The notes below the pieces were generated by a model, which was given only the letters and a program-made list of their open reading frames with translations, was not told the origin of the DNA and did not search any database. Shown here piece after piece: positions 42,602-53,318 of a stretch of DNA of 64,000 bases (its first letter is position 1; the number at the start of each line of letters is the position of its first letter). Source of the DNA: Candidatus Poribacteria bacterium. Its GTDB lineage: Bacteria > Poribacteria > WGA-4E > PCPOR2b. The translations under genes were made by a program, and so were the position numbers. The DNA lies in contig OZ244042.1 in assembly GCA_965215015.1 (NCBI GenBank), forward strand, positions 3,328,001-3,392,000, read 5' to 3'.

Positions 42602-45600
42602 ATGTCATGTAGCCGCTCACATCTCCAAATGTCTGGAATCCGCGACAACCTGCGCCGGGGAACCGTCTATGAGTTCTTAGAGAAAGAAATTAAGAACGGC
42701 TCCGCGCTCTCCATCGTATCTGCCTACTTTACCATCTACGCCTTTGAGGCACTGCAAAAACCGTTGCACGAAATAAAGAACCTCCGCTTCTTGTTCGGCG
42801 ACCCGGGTTTTATCAAAGACCTTGACCCGAATAACACCCAAAAGAAAGCATTTGAGATTACTGATACAGGCTTGGCACTGAACAAGCAGCTCCAACAGAA
42901 GCCGATTGCCAAAGCGTGCGCTAAATGGATAAAAGAGAAAGTGGAAATTCGCACAACCCGAGAATCAAGCTTCCTCCACGGGAAAATGTATCACATCGTC
43001 AATAACGGTATTGAAAAGGCGATTCTGGGAAGCTCCAATTTTACCCTGCACGGTTTGGGGAAAAATTCCGGAGGCAGCAACATTGAACTCAATCTGGAGG
43101 TGGATAGCGACCGGGATCGCCGTGACCTGAAAGCATGGTTTGACGAAATCTGGGATGACGATAAACTCGTTGAAGATGCCAAAGCAAAAGTGCTTGCCAC
43201 GTTGGAACAGTTAGGGAAAGATCACGCGCCAGAACTCATCTATTACAAAACCCTCTACGAACTCTTCCGTGACGAGATCGAAACCCGAAACACCAACGAC
43301 CAAGCCCTTGAAGATACACATCTGTATGACACCAAAATCTGGGAAACGTTATTCGAGTTCCAGAAAGAGGGCGTAAAAAGCGTCATTGCCCGTCTATTGG
43401 GGCACAACGGTTGTATCTTGGCAGACAGTGTAGGGTTGGGAAAGACCTACACGGCACTGGCGGTTATCAAGTTCTTTGAATTGCGAAACGAACGCGTGCT
43501 CGTGTTATGTCCCAAAAAACTTCACGAAAATTGGGCACTCTATCCCGCATACAATGCCCAAAGCACCAATCCTTTCCTCGATGACAAGTTCGGTTACACG
43601 CTGCTATCGCATACCGACCTCTCCCGCTACACCGGCGAATCCGGCGAAATCAACTTGGAAAATCTCAATTGGGGCAACTTTGACATGGTGGTGATCGACG
43701 AATCACACAACTTCCGCAACGATACGAAGCCTGCGCGGGACAGCGACGGCAATATTATCCGGCATAGTCGCTACACACGACTCTTGGAGGAGGTTATCAA
43801 GGAAGGCGCCAAAACCAAGGTGCTGATGCTTTCGGCGACACCTGTGAACACATCACTCATTGACCTCCGTAACCAAATCTACCTCATGACCGAAAAGCGC
43901 GAGGATGTCTTCAGGGATAGTCTGGGCATCAGCAATATCGGTTCAATGCTGCGACAGGCGCAACAGGCATTCAAGAAATGGGAAGAGGATAGAGGCAAGA
44001 ACGGCAAAAGAGACAAAGCGAAGCTGCTGGAGACACTCGGTGCTGATTTTTTTCAATTGCTCGGTGGTATCTCTATCGCTCGCTCTCGACGGCATATTAA
44101 GACATTCTACGCCGAAGAAATGGGTCAAATTGGTGAGTTCCCCACCCCACAAAAACCAGAAAACTGCCATCCACTGACAGACTTGAAAGGTGCGCTCTCT
44201 TACAAAGCTTTGGCGGATCAGATAGGCGAATTCGCACTCTCCATCTATAGGCCTTCCAGCTATGTCATCAGCGAAGCAGTCAAACAACGATTGGCAGATG
44301 AAAGACGGAAGTTGCGTTTCAATCAAGAAGACCGCGAGCGATTCCTCATCGGTATGATGCAAACCAACTTTCTGAAACGTTTGGAAAGCTCTGCACACTC
44401 CCTCTCAGAGACACTTGGACGGACCGTCGGTAAAATTGACGCTATGCTGGCCAAGATTGCCCGCTACGAACAAAACTCGCATGTACAGGACGCCCAAGCC
44501 GATAGCCTGCCCGATGACGACGAAGACGATGAGGAATTTTTGGTTAACCGAGCGCGCAATCCGTATCACCTCCGCGAATTGGACTGCACCCGATGGAAAA
44601 AAGACCTCATCAAGGATAAGCAGACCTTAACCGCTGCGTGGGACAAAGTCAAAGCCATCACACCCGAACGAGACGGTAAACTCGAAGCAATCAAGTCGCA
44701 TATTCGGGATAAGGCACAAAACCCAACCCTCAACAAGGCCGGAGAACCCAACCGCAAGCTGCTCGTGTTCACTACCTTCAAAGACACGGCGGAGTACCTT
44801 TATGAAAACTTGCTGGACCTAGCGGCGGGATTAGGGATTAACATCGCCATGGTTTCTGGTGATGGTACGCGGACCACCTGCGGACAAAACAACTTCAACG
44901 CCATCTTAACGAACTTTGCCCCACGGGCACGGGGGCGCGCTGATGGAACAAGCGACGAAATCGATTTGCTCATCGCCACAGATTGCATCTCGGAGGGGCA
45001 AAATCTGCAGGATTGTGACACGGTACTGAACTACGACATCCATTGGAATCCCGTCCGTATCATTCAACGTTTTGGGCGCATTGATCGCATCGGAAGCAGA
45101 AATAAGGCAGTACGGATGATTAACTATTGGCCCACCAAGGACATGGAGGTCTATCTGCGCTTGCAAAGTCGCGTCGAGTCTCGCATGGCACTCGCCGATG
45201 CGGCAGCAAGCGGCGATGACGACCCGTTCAATGAATTCACGTATGAACAGGCACAGATGGAACTGAACTTCCGGGACGAGCAATTGAAGCAGCTTCGCGA
45301 AAATGTGCTAGATCTCGATGATCTCGACGATGGGGTTGTCATGAGCGATTTTACGCTTGACCACTTCTTTGCCCAGCTGCTAAAGTATCTCAAAAAAAAC
45401 AGGGCAGAATTAGAAGCTACGCCGAAGGGGGCCTACGCGGTCACCAATAACCCAGACAATCCAGCAGAAACCGGTGTCATCTTCTTGCTCCAGCAACTTA
45501 ACGCCACAACGGATAATGAGAAAAAGACACCGAGTCCTATCTATCCCTATTACACAGTCTACATTCGCAAAAATGGTGACATCCGTTACGGCTGTGCAAA

Positions 45601-45898
45601 TGCCAAACAGGTGCTGGATTTATTTGAAGCGTCGGCTGTCGGAAAGAGCGATCTATTGCAAGAGTTGTGTCTTCAATTCGACCAAGAAACCCACAACGGC
45701 AAAAACATGGAAAGCTACAACAAACTTCTGAACGCTGTCATCGCTCACATCACACGATCGCATAAAAAGACCCAAACCCAAAACTTGGGGAGAGGCGGCA
45801 CCCGCGGCTTCAAACTGCCGGTAGCATCTAAAACGCCTAGAGACTCCGGTGATTTTGAATTAGTAACGTGGTTGATTATCACAACCCTTCAGTCATGA
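42602..45898 (+). CDS. PLD-family nuclease domain fused to SNF2-like SF2 helicase (putative restriction subunit)
   Basis: HGKMY...GSSNFT; LADSVGLGKT, IDESH, SATP, TDCISEGQNLQ, QRFGRIDRIG. Confidence 0.88.
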   Translation: MSCSRSHLQMSGIRDNLRRGTVYEFLEKEIKNGSALSIVSAYFTIYAFEALQKPLHEIKNLRFLFGDPGFIKDLDPNNTQKKAFEITDTGLALNKQLQQKPIAKACAKWIKEKVEIRTTRESSFLHGKMYHIVNNGIEKAILGSSNFTLHGLGKNSGGSNIELNLEVDSDRDRRDLKAWFDEIWDDDKLVEDAKAKVLATLEQLGKDHAPELIYYKTLYELFRDEIETRNTNDQALEDTHLYDTKIWETLFEFQKEGVKSVIARLLGHNGCILADSVGLGKTYTALAVIKFFELRNERVLVLCPKKLHENWALYPAYNAQSTNPFLDDKFGYTLLSHTDLSRYTGESGEINLENLNWGNFDMVVIDESHNFRNDTKPARDSDGNIIRHSRYTRLLEEVIKEGAKTKVLMLSATPVNTSLIDLRNQIYLMTEKREDVFRDSLGISNIGSMLRQAQQAFKKWEEDRGKNGKRDKAKLLETLGADFFQLLGGISIARSRRHIKTFYAEEMGQIGEFPTPQKPENCHPLTDLKGALSYKALADQIGEFALSIYRPSSYVISEAVKQRLADERRKLRFNQEDRERFLIGMMQTNFLKRLESSAHSLSETLGRTVGKIDAMLAKIARYEQNSHVQDAQADSLPDDDEDDEEFLVNRARNPYHLRELDCTRWKKDLIKDKQTLTAAWDKVKAITPERDGKLEAIKSHIRDKAQNPTLNKAGEPNRKLLVFTTFKDTAEYLYENLLDLAAGLGINIAMVSGDGTRTTCGQNNFNAILTNFAPRARGRADGTSDEIDLLIATDCISEGQNLQDCDTVLNYDIHWNPVRIIQRFGRIDRIGSRNKAVRMINYWPTKDMEVYLRLQSRVESRMALADAAASGDDDPFNEFTYEQAQMELNFRDEQLKQLRENVLDLDDLDDGVVMSDFTLDHFFAQLLKYLKKNRAELEATPKGAYAVTNNPDNPAETGVIFLLQQLNATTDNEKKTPSPIYPYYTVYIRKNGDIRYGCANAKQVLDLFEASAVGKSDLLQELCLQFDQETHNGKNMESYNKLLNAVIAHITRSHKKTQTQNLGRGGTRGFKLPVASKTPRDSGDFELVTWLIITTLQS

Positions 45899-45952
45899 AA
45901 CGGTTTGTCGTAGAGCGATTGACCGTCCGTCAATTTTGCAAAAGGAAATCAC

Positions 45953-48900
45953 GTGAACAAAGAAACTGTTAAGTCTGTCTTAATGGCAATGCCTACCGGC
46001 GATTTTTTAGAAAAGTCAAAAGACCTCTTGGCAACCTTGGGGTACCACAGCGAACGGACTCTCGAACTTTCGGGAACTGTGGATGACTTCATTCAAGAAT
46101 TTGAAGCACTGAACCCACACACTAAAACAGAACGGGAATTCCGCAAAAACGCTGAATCCGTGGAACTTGTGTTCCAGTTTACAAAAGACGAAATCGCCGA
46201 TGACCTGCAGCAGACGCTTTTTAAATCGGCTTCCTTCGACAGGGCAAATACGGACAGTTTCATTTTCTGTGCAGTCGAGTTAAAAGATAACAACTACTCC
46301 CGGACCAAATACGCTGAGTTTACACGGGAAATCAACAAACGGTTGAATACACCGACTGTAGGGTTGTTTCGCGTTGCCAATCGTCTCACTGTGGGTTTTA
46401 CCGACCGCCGTCCACACAAAACTGATGAGGAGCGTGATGTGTTGGGGCAGGTCACGCTGATTAAGGACATCCGCCTAAACAATCCACATCGCGCCCATCT
46501 GGACCTCCTCTCCGATCTCTCACTGGAAGAATGTGCAGCGTGGATCGACACCCATAACGAACCGAAAAACTTCGATGGGCTACTGGCAGCATGGCTCGCC
46601 AAACTGGACACCGAAGCCCTCAACAAGCAGTTCTACCGGCAGTTGTTCGACTGGTTTGAATGGGCGGTCGCTGAAGCGAAGTTCCCCACAAACGAAAAAA
46701 AGATACTCAACCCACAGGAACACGTTATCCGTTTAATTACGCGCCTGCTCTTTATCTGGTTTCTAAAGGAAAAAGGCCTGGTCGCCGATGAACTGTTCAA
46801 TCAAACACAGATTCAAGACCTGTTGACAGAGACTGATTTTGATAACGGCAATTCCTACTATCGCGTCGTGCTGCAAAACCTCTTTTTCGCCACGCTAAAC
46901 ACCGAGATAGACAAACGAGGGTTTAGCACGGGGACAAACACCAAACATCGAGATTTTTCATGCTATCGCTACGAAGCTGAAATGCGTGATTCAGATGCGC
47001 TGCTGGCACTGTTCGTGCAAACGCCGTTTATCAACGGCGGCCTATTTGATTGCCTGGACAGTGAGGAGGCAACTGGCTATGGCGGTTATCGTATTGATTG
47101 CTTTTCCGATGTCCACTACAAGAAGCTGCACATTCCCAACCGTCTCTTCTTTGACGAACAACGCGGTCTGTTTCCCTTGCTCAACCACTATAAGTTTACT
47201 GTCGAGGAAAACACACCCATAGAACAAGAGGTCGCCTTAGACCCCGAGCTACTCGGTAAGGTGTTTGAAAACCTGCTTGCAGCCTATAACCCAGAAACCG
47301 GCGTAACAGCGCGCAGGCAGACCGGTTCCTACTACACCCCGCGCCCGATTGTGGACTACATGGTAGAAGAGGTGTTAGTCGCCACGTTATCTCAGAAATG
47401 CAGCCCAACCGAAGGCAATGCGGAGTTTTGGGAGGAGAGGCTGCGCTATCTGTTCAATTACGCGCTACAATTTGACGCTGCTAACGAATGGTTTGATGAC
47501 GAGGAAACAGACGGGGTTATGCGGGCAATCTCCGAACTCAAGATACTTGATCCGGCAGTCGGTTCCGGTGCGTTTCCGATGGGTATGTTGCACAAGCTGA
47601 CGCTCGCACTCCGTCGGCTTGACCCGGACAACACGCGATGGGAAACATTGCAAAAGGGACTTGCCATAGAGAAGGCGAAAAGAGCATTTGATACAAAAGG
47701 CCAACAAGAACGCGATGCCGCACTTCAGGAAATCAGTTCCACTTTTGAACGGTATAGGGATTCAGACTTCGGGCGGAAGTTATACCTGATTCAGAGCAGC
47801 ATCTTCGGCGTGGATATTCAACCTGTGGCTTGCCAGATTGCCAAGCTCCGTTTTTTTATTTCGCTTGCCATCGAGCAGGAAACGAACAGGGCCCTGGAAA
47901 ACTTTGGCATCAAGCCGTTGCCGAATTTGGAGACACGTTTTATCGCGGCGAATACGCTAATAGGCCTCAAAGGAGAACAACGACTGACAAGCAAAATGGC
48001 ACAGGACTTAGAGCGTGAATTGCTCGATAACCGCGAGCGACATTTTCATGCAACCACACGTCAGCAAAAACTTGCGTGTAAGAAGGCTGACAAAAGGTTG
48101 CGCGTCGAATTAGCAACAGAGCTAAAGGAAATCGGCATGCCCGCCGAGGACGCGGAAAAACTTGCCCATTGGGACCTTTATGACCAGAACGCTAGTGCCA
48201 ATTTTTTTGACCCAGAATGGATGTTAGGCATCAGGGACGGGTTTGATGTGGTGATTGGGAATCCGCCATATATTAAGGAATATACATTTAAGCACGCATT
48301 CGATGGGCTTCGAGAGTCTCCTTACTATCAGGGTAAAATGGATATTTGGTATATGTTCGTCTGTAAGGGATTGGATATATCAAAAAATAGTGGAGGTATG
48401 GTCACATTCATTGCTCAGAATAATTGGGTTACCAGTTCTGGTGCTTCAAAGATGAGAAATAAAGTTATTAAGGACGCACAGGTTTTGAGCTTCATAGATT
48501 TTGGTAGCTTCAAGATCTTTGAATCTGGCATACAAACGATGATAATGATTTTCAGAAAAAACACGGCCTCTGACAGCTACTCGTTTGATTACAGGCGACT
48601 GCATGGACCTAACCTTAACATCAACGATGTTATATTGCTTCTGAATAAAGATAAAAATAATAAAGCAGAATACTTAACACCTACGATTAAAAGAAGTGAA
48701 TATACAGGTAGAACTTTGACATTTAGCGATCCTGAAGTTGAACTGATTCTTGAGAAGATTTCATTAAAGCGTAATTTTCATCTGGATCCCAACAAGGAAG
48801 TTGCTCAAGGAATAGTTTATCCTCAAGATCGTATAAATAAAGTGAGTCAAAGCATTTTGAATAGTAACTTTAAAGTAGGAGGTGGAATTTTCGCTCTAAG

Positions 48901-49579
48901 CCAAAAAGAGAAAGACCAAATACCATTTACAAAAAAGGAATTGAATTTAATAAAGCCCGCCTATACAACGAAAGAATTACACCGTTATTATGGAAATCCT
49001 GTAAACCAAGAGTGGGTTATCTATACGGATTCTAGCTTTAAAGACAAGAAAAAGATTGAGAATTACCCAAACATAAAAACACATCTGGATCAATTTCGGA
49101 AGGTTATCACATCTGACAACAAACCTTATGGTCTACACAGAGCCAGAAAGGCATATTTTTTTCAGGGAGAGAAGATCCTATCCGTAAGAAAATGTGCAAG
49201 ACCCACATTTACTTATGTCGATTTTGAGAGTTATGTTTCAGCAACTTTTTATGTTATTAAAACGGAAAGAACGAATCAAAAGTACCTAACTGGGCTTCTA
49301 AATTCGAGACTTATCGCCCTTTGGTTAAAGCATAGAGGGAAAATGCAGGGGACAAATTATCAAATAGACAAACAGCCCTTATTAGCAATACCTCTGTTTT
49401 CACCTGCATTGGAACAGCAAACCTTGGTTGAAATTTTAGTTAATCAGATTCTTGATGCCAAACGCACAGACCTAGCCGCAGATGTTATCGCCCTTGAGAG
49501 TAAGATTGATCATTTGGTATATTCGTTATACAACTTAACTCCTGAAGAAGTTGCGATTGTGGAGGCAGCAGAGGGGTAA
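45953..49579 (+). CDS. Eco57I-like N6-adenine MTase with TaqI-C-like specificity region (paralog B)
   Basis: DPAVGSGAF, GNPPY, YLTGLLNS, tail YSLYNLTPEEVAIVE. Confidence 0.9.
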   Translation: MNKETVKSVLMAMPTGDFLEKSKDLLATLGYHSERTLELSGTVDDFIQEFEALNPHTKTEREFRKNAESVELVFQFTKDEIADDLQQTLFKSASFDRANTDSFIFCAVELKDNNYSRTKYAEFTREINKRLNTPTVGLFRVANRLTVGFTDRRPHKTDEERDVLGQVTLIKDIRLNNPHRAHLDLLSDLSLEECAAWIDTHNEPKNFDGLLAAWLAKLDTEALNKQFYRQLFDWFEWAVAEAKFPTNEKKILNPQEHVIRLITRLLFIWFLKEKGLVADELFNQTQIQDLLTETDFDNGNSYYRVVLQNLFFATLNTEIDKRGFSTGTNTKHRDFSCYRYEAEMRDSDALLALFVQTPFINGGLFDCLDSEEATGYGGYRIDCFSDVHYKKLHIPNRLFFDEQRGLFPLLNHYKFTVEENTPIEQEVALDPELLGKVFENLLAAYNPETGVTARRQTGSYYTPRPIVDYMVEEVLVATLSQKCSPTEGNAEFWEERLRYLFNYALQFDAANEWFDDEETDGVMRAISELKILDPAVGSGAFPMGMLHKLTLALRRLDPDNTRWETLQKGLAIEKAKRAFDTKGQQERDAALQEISSTFERYRDSDFGRKLYLIQSSIFGVDIQPVACQIAKLRFFISLAIEQETNRALENFGIKPLPNLETRFIAANTLIGLKGEQRLTSKMAQDLERELLDNRERHFHATTRQQKLACKKADKRLRVELATELKEIGMPAEDAEKLAHWDLYDQNASANFFDPEWMLGIRDGFDVVIGNPPYIKEYTFKHAFDGLRESPYYQGKMDIWYMFVCKGLDISKNSGGMVTFIAQNNWVTSSGASKMRNKVIKDAQVLSFIDFGSFKIFESGIQTMIMIFRKNTASDSYSFDYRRLHGPNLNINDVILLLNKDKNNKAEYLTPTIKRSEYTGRTLTFSDPEVELILEKISLKRNFHLDPNKEVAQGIVYPQDRINKVSQSILNSNFKVGGGIFALSQKEKDQIPFTKKELNLIKPAYTTKELHRYYGNPVNQEWVIYTDSSFKDKKKIENYPNIKTHLDQFRKVITSDNKPYGLHRARKAYFFQGEKILSVRKCARPTFTYVDFESYVSATFYVIKTERTNQKYLTGLLNSRLIALWLKHRGKMQGTNYQIDKQPLLAIPLFSPALEQQTLVEILVNQILDAKRTDLAADVIALESKIDHLVYSLYNLTPEEVAIVEAAEG

Positions 49580-49628
49580 ATTATCCGAATCTCGGATTGC
49601 ACAAATTGCACGGATCTTTAGAATCCGT

Positions 49629-49784
49629 GCTCACATCACGCGATCGCATAAAAAGACCCAAACCCAAAACTTGGGGCGAGGCGGCACCCGCGGCTTCAAA
49701 CTGCCGGTGGCCTCTAAAACGCCTAGAGACTCCGGTGACTTTGAATTAGTAACGTGGTTGATTATCACAACCCTTCAGTCATGA
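49629..49784 (+). pseudogene. Duplicated 3' fragment of the helicase gene
   Basis: Encodes AHITRSHKK...ELVTWLIITTLQS*, same as 45743-45898. Confidence 0.85.
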
Positions 49785-49838
49785 AACGGTTTGTCGTAGG
49801 GCGATTGACAGTCCGTCAATTTTGCAAAAGGACATCAT

Positions 49839-52800
49839 GTGAACAAAGAAACTGTTAAGTCTGTCTTAATGGCAATGCCTACCGGCGATTTTTTAGAAAA
49901 GTCAAAAGACCTCTTGGCAACCTTGGGGTACCACAGCGAACGGACTCTCGAACTTTCAGGAACTGTGGATGACTTCATTCAAGAATTTGAAGCACTGAAC
50001 CCAAACACTAAAACAGAACGGGAATTCCGCAAAAACGCCGAATCCGTGGAACTTGTGTTCCAGTTTACAAAAGACGAAATCGCCGATGACCTGCAGCAGA
50101 CGCTTTTTAAATCGGTTTCCTTCGACAGGGCAAATACGGACAGTTTCATTTTCTGTGCAGTCGAGTTAAAAGATAACAACTACTCCCGGACCAAATACGC
50201 TGAGTTTACACGGGAAATCAACAAACGGTTGAATACACCGACTGTAGTGTTGTTTCGCGTTGCCAATCGTCTCACTGTGGGTTTTACCGACCGCCGTCCA
50301 CACAAAACTGATGAGGAGCGTGATGTGTTGGGGCAGGTCACGCTGATTAAGGACATCCGCCTAAACAATCCACATCGCGCCCATCTGGACCTCCTCTCCG
50401 ATCTCTCACTGGAAGAATGTGCAGCGTGGATCGACACCCATAACGAACCGAAAAACTTCGACGGGCTGCTGGCAGCATGGCTCGCTAAACTGGACACCGA
50501 ATCCCTCAACAAGCAGTTCTACCGACAGTTGTTCGACTGGTTTGAATGGGCGGTCGCTGAAGCGAAGTTCCCCACAAATGAAAAAAAGACACTCAACCCG
50601 CAGGAACACGTTATCCGCTTAATTACGCGCCTGCTCTTTATCTGGTTTCTAAAGGAAAAAGGCCTGGTTGCCGATGAACTGTTCAATCAAACACAGATTC
50701 AAGACCTGTTGACAGAGACTGACTTTGATAATGGCAATTCCTACTATCGCGTCGTGCTGCAAAACCTCTTTTTCGCTACGCTAAACACCGAGATAGACAA
50801 GCGAGGGTTTAGCACGGGGACAAACACCAAACATCGAGATTTTTCATGCTATCGCTACGAAGCAGAAATGCGCGATTCAGATGCGCTGCTGGCACTGTTC
50901 GTGCAAACGCCGTTTATCAACGGCGGCCTATTTGATTGCCTGGACAGTGAGGAGGCAACTGGCTATGGCGGTTATCGTATTGATTGCTTTTCCGATGTCC
51001 ACTACAAGAGGCTGCACATTCCTAACTGTCTCTTCTTTGACGAACAACGGGGGCTGTTTCCCTTGTTCAACTACTATAAGTTTACTGTCGAGGAAAACAC
51101 ACCCATAGAACAAGAGGTCGCCTTAGACCCCGAACTACTCGGTAAGGTGTTTGAAAACCTGCTTGCAGCCTATAACCCGGAAACCGGCGTAACAGCGCGC
51201 AAACAGACCGGTTCCTACTACACCCCACGCCCGATTGTGGACTACATGGTGGAAGAGGCGTTAGTCGCCACGTTATCCCAAAAATGCAGCCCAACCGATG
51301 GCAATGCGGAGTTTTGGGAGGAGCGGTTGCGCTATCTGCTCAATTACGCGCTACAATTTGACGATGCTAACGAATGGTTTGATGACGAGGAAACAGACGG
51401 GGTTATGCGGGCAATTTCCGAACTCAAGATACTTGATCCGGCAGTCGGTTCCGGTGCGTTTCCGATGGGTATGTTGCACAAGCTGACGCTCGCACTCCGT
51501 CGGCTTGACCCAGACAACACGCGATGGGAAACATTGCAAAAGGGACTTGCCATAGAGAAGGCGAAAAGAGCAGTTGACACAAAGGGCCACCAACAAGAAC
51601 ACGATGCCGCACTTCAGGAAATCAGTTCCACTTTTGAACGGTATAGGGATTCAGACTTCGGGCGGAAGTTATACCTGATTCAGAACAGCATCTTTGGCGT
51701 AGATATTCAACCTGTGGCTTGCCAGATTGCCAAGCTCCGTTTTTTTATTTCGCTTGCCATCGAGCAGGAAACGAACAGGGCCCTGGAAAACTTTGGCATC
51801 AAGCCGTTGCCGAATTTGGAGACCCGTTTTATCGCGGCGAATACGCTCATAGGCCTCAAAGGAGAACAACGACTGACAAGCAAGACAGCACAGGACTTAG
51901 AGCGTGAATTGCTCGATAACCGCGAGCGACATTTTCATGCAACCACGCGTCAGCAAAAACTTGCCTGTAAGAAAGATGACAAAAGGTTGCGCGTCGGATT
52001 AGCAACAGAGCTAAAGGAAATCGGCATGCCCGCCGAGGACGCGGAAAAACTTGCCCATTGGGACCTTTATGACCAGAACGCTAGTGCCAATTTTTTTGAC
52101 CCAGAATGGATGTTAGGCATCAGGGACGGGTTTGATGTGGTGATTGGGAATCCACCGTATTCCAAGGGCGAGAATTTGAACCTCACAGATCGTCAACAGT
52201 TGAGACAAAATTACGGCTGGTCTGGCGATTTATACGACTACTTTATCTTTAGAGGGTTTACTCTCGTCCGTGAAAAAGGAATCTTTTCGTACATCGCCAA
52301 TGATAGTTATGTTACCCTGCCCACCAAGCGCAGAATCAGAAACCTGTTTTTGCAAAACCGACTCCTTCATCTCGTCAAGGCACCGGCACATACCTTTGAA
52401 ACTTCTATTTATACGGCTATCTTTATACTGTTGAAATGCGGAGCAGACGGTTCACACACCTACATGACGGGCGAAATGAACTTTCCCGATTTCCAATATC
52501 ACGTAAGCGGCGCAGTTGAATACACAAAAATTCACAGGATGCTGGACAAGAAATTCCTATCGAATGCGGAGAATAGCTGGGTGTTGCAGCTCCTTGCACT
52601 TGAAAATATGGAAAAATTCTGTCGAGTTTTGGACACAGGTATTCATTCTGGAAATGTCAGAGCCAAAATTTTCTTCAAGGAAAACAACGGAAAAAGGCAT
52701 CGGCTATTGCAGGGGCGGCAGATTCAACGATTTGCCTTGAATTGGAATTCACCGGCAGCAAAATACCGGTTTTGCGATATTAACTATAAACCACTTCCAA

Positions 52801-53318
52801 TTCCCGGAATTGGGCGAGGAGGGAAACCAAGTAACCAAAACGAATATTGGCATTTTTGTGGTGATATTGAGAACCATCACCAACCTGAACGACTATTCAT
52901 ACGTCAGACTGACGATGATTTAATAGTCGCTTATCACAGCGAGGCAGAGTCAGGACGTTTTTACACAGATAACACGCTCCATACGATTCTTCCCAAATTT
53001 CAAAAAACTAAATTAAAGTATTTTTTGGCGTTGTTCAATAGCCGGTTGCTGAACTTTGTCTATCACTTTATTTCTCAGGAACAACGCAAAAGTCAAGCAC
53101 AAGTAAAAATTAGCGTTGTGAAAAAATTGCCGGTGGTTGTCCCTGCTGAGGATGAGCAACGTCGAGTTATTGCTTTGGTGGACAAAATCCTTGCGGCAAA
53201 AGCCGCCAACTTGGATGCGGATACCATTGAATTTGAAAAAGAAATTGACCATCTCGTATATTCCTTATATAACCTAACACTGGAAGATATTGCGGTTGTG
53301 GAGGCAGCAGAGGGGTAA
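49839..53318 (+). CDS. Eco57I-like N6-adenine MTase with a different specificity region (paralog C)
   Basis: Nearly identical to B up to GNPPY, unrelated afterwards, shared tail YSLYNLT..IAVVEAAEG. Confidence 0.9.
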   Translation: MNKETVKSVLMAMPTGDFLEKSKDLLATLGYHSERTLELSGTVDDFIQEFEALNPNTKTEREFRKNAESVELVFQFTKDEIADDLQQTLFKSVSFDRANTDSFIFCAVELKDNNYSRTKYAEFTREINKRLNTPTVVLFRVANRLTVGFTDRRPHKTDEERDVLGQVTLIKDIRLNNPHRAHLDLLSDLSLEECAAWIDTHNEPKNFDGLLAAWLAKLDTESLNKQFYRQLFDWFEWAVAEAKFPTNEKKTLNPQEHVIRLITRLLFIWFLKEKGLVADELFNQTQIQDLLTETDFDNGNSYYRVVLQNLFFATLNTEIDKRGFSTGTNTKHRDFSCYRYEAEMRDSDALLALFVQTPFINGGLFDCLDSEEATGYGGYRIDCFSDVHYKRLHIPNCLFFDEQRGLFPLFNYYKFTVEENTPIEQEVALDPELLGKVFENLLAAYNPETGVTARKQTGSYYTPRPIVDYMVEEALVATLSQKCSPTDGNAEFWEERLRYLLNYALQFDDANEWFDDEETDGVMRAISELKILDPAVGSGAFPMGMLHKLTLALRRLDPDNTRWETLQKGLAIEKAKRAVDTKGHQQEHDAALQEISSTFERYRDSDFGRKLYLIQNSIFGVDIQPVACQIAKLRFFISLAIEQETNRALENFGIKPLPNLETRFIAANTLIGLKGEQRLTSKTAQDLERELLDNRERHFHATTRQQKLACKKDDKRLRVGLATELKEIGMPAEDAEKLAHWDLYDQNASANFFDPEWMLGIRDGFDVVIGNPPYSKGENLNLTDRQQLRQNYGWSGDLYDYFIFRGFTLVREKGIFSYIANDSYVTLPTKRRIRNLFLQNRLLHLVKAPAHTFETSIYTAIFILLKCGADGSHTYMTGEMNFPDFQYHVSGAVEYTKIHRMLDKKFLSNAENSWVLQLLALENMEKFCRVLDTGIHSGNVRAKIFFKENNGKRHRLLQGRQIQRFALNWNSPAAKYRFCDINYKPLPIPGIGRGGKPSNQNEYWHFCGDIENHHQPERLFIRQTDDDLIVAYHSEAESGRFYTDNTLHTILPKFQKTKLKYFLALFNSRLLNFVYHFISQEQRKSQAQVKISVVKKLPVVVPAEDEQRRVIALVDKILAAKAANLDADTIEFEKEIDHLVYSLYNLTLEDIAVVEAAEG

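Noticed and set aside
49551-49784. 77-aa ORF as a real gene (also 53290-53538)
   Set aside because: Chimera of MTase tail, repeat element and duplicated helicase end or downstream DNA, created by the duplication junction.
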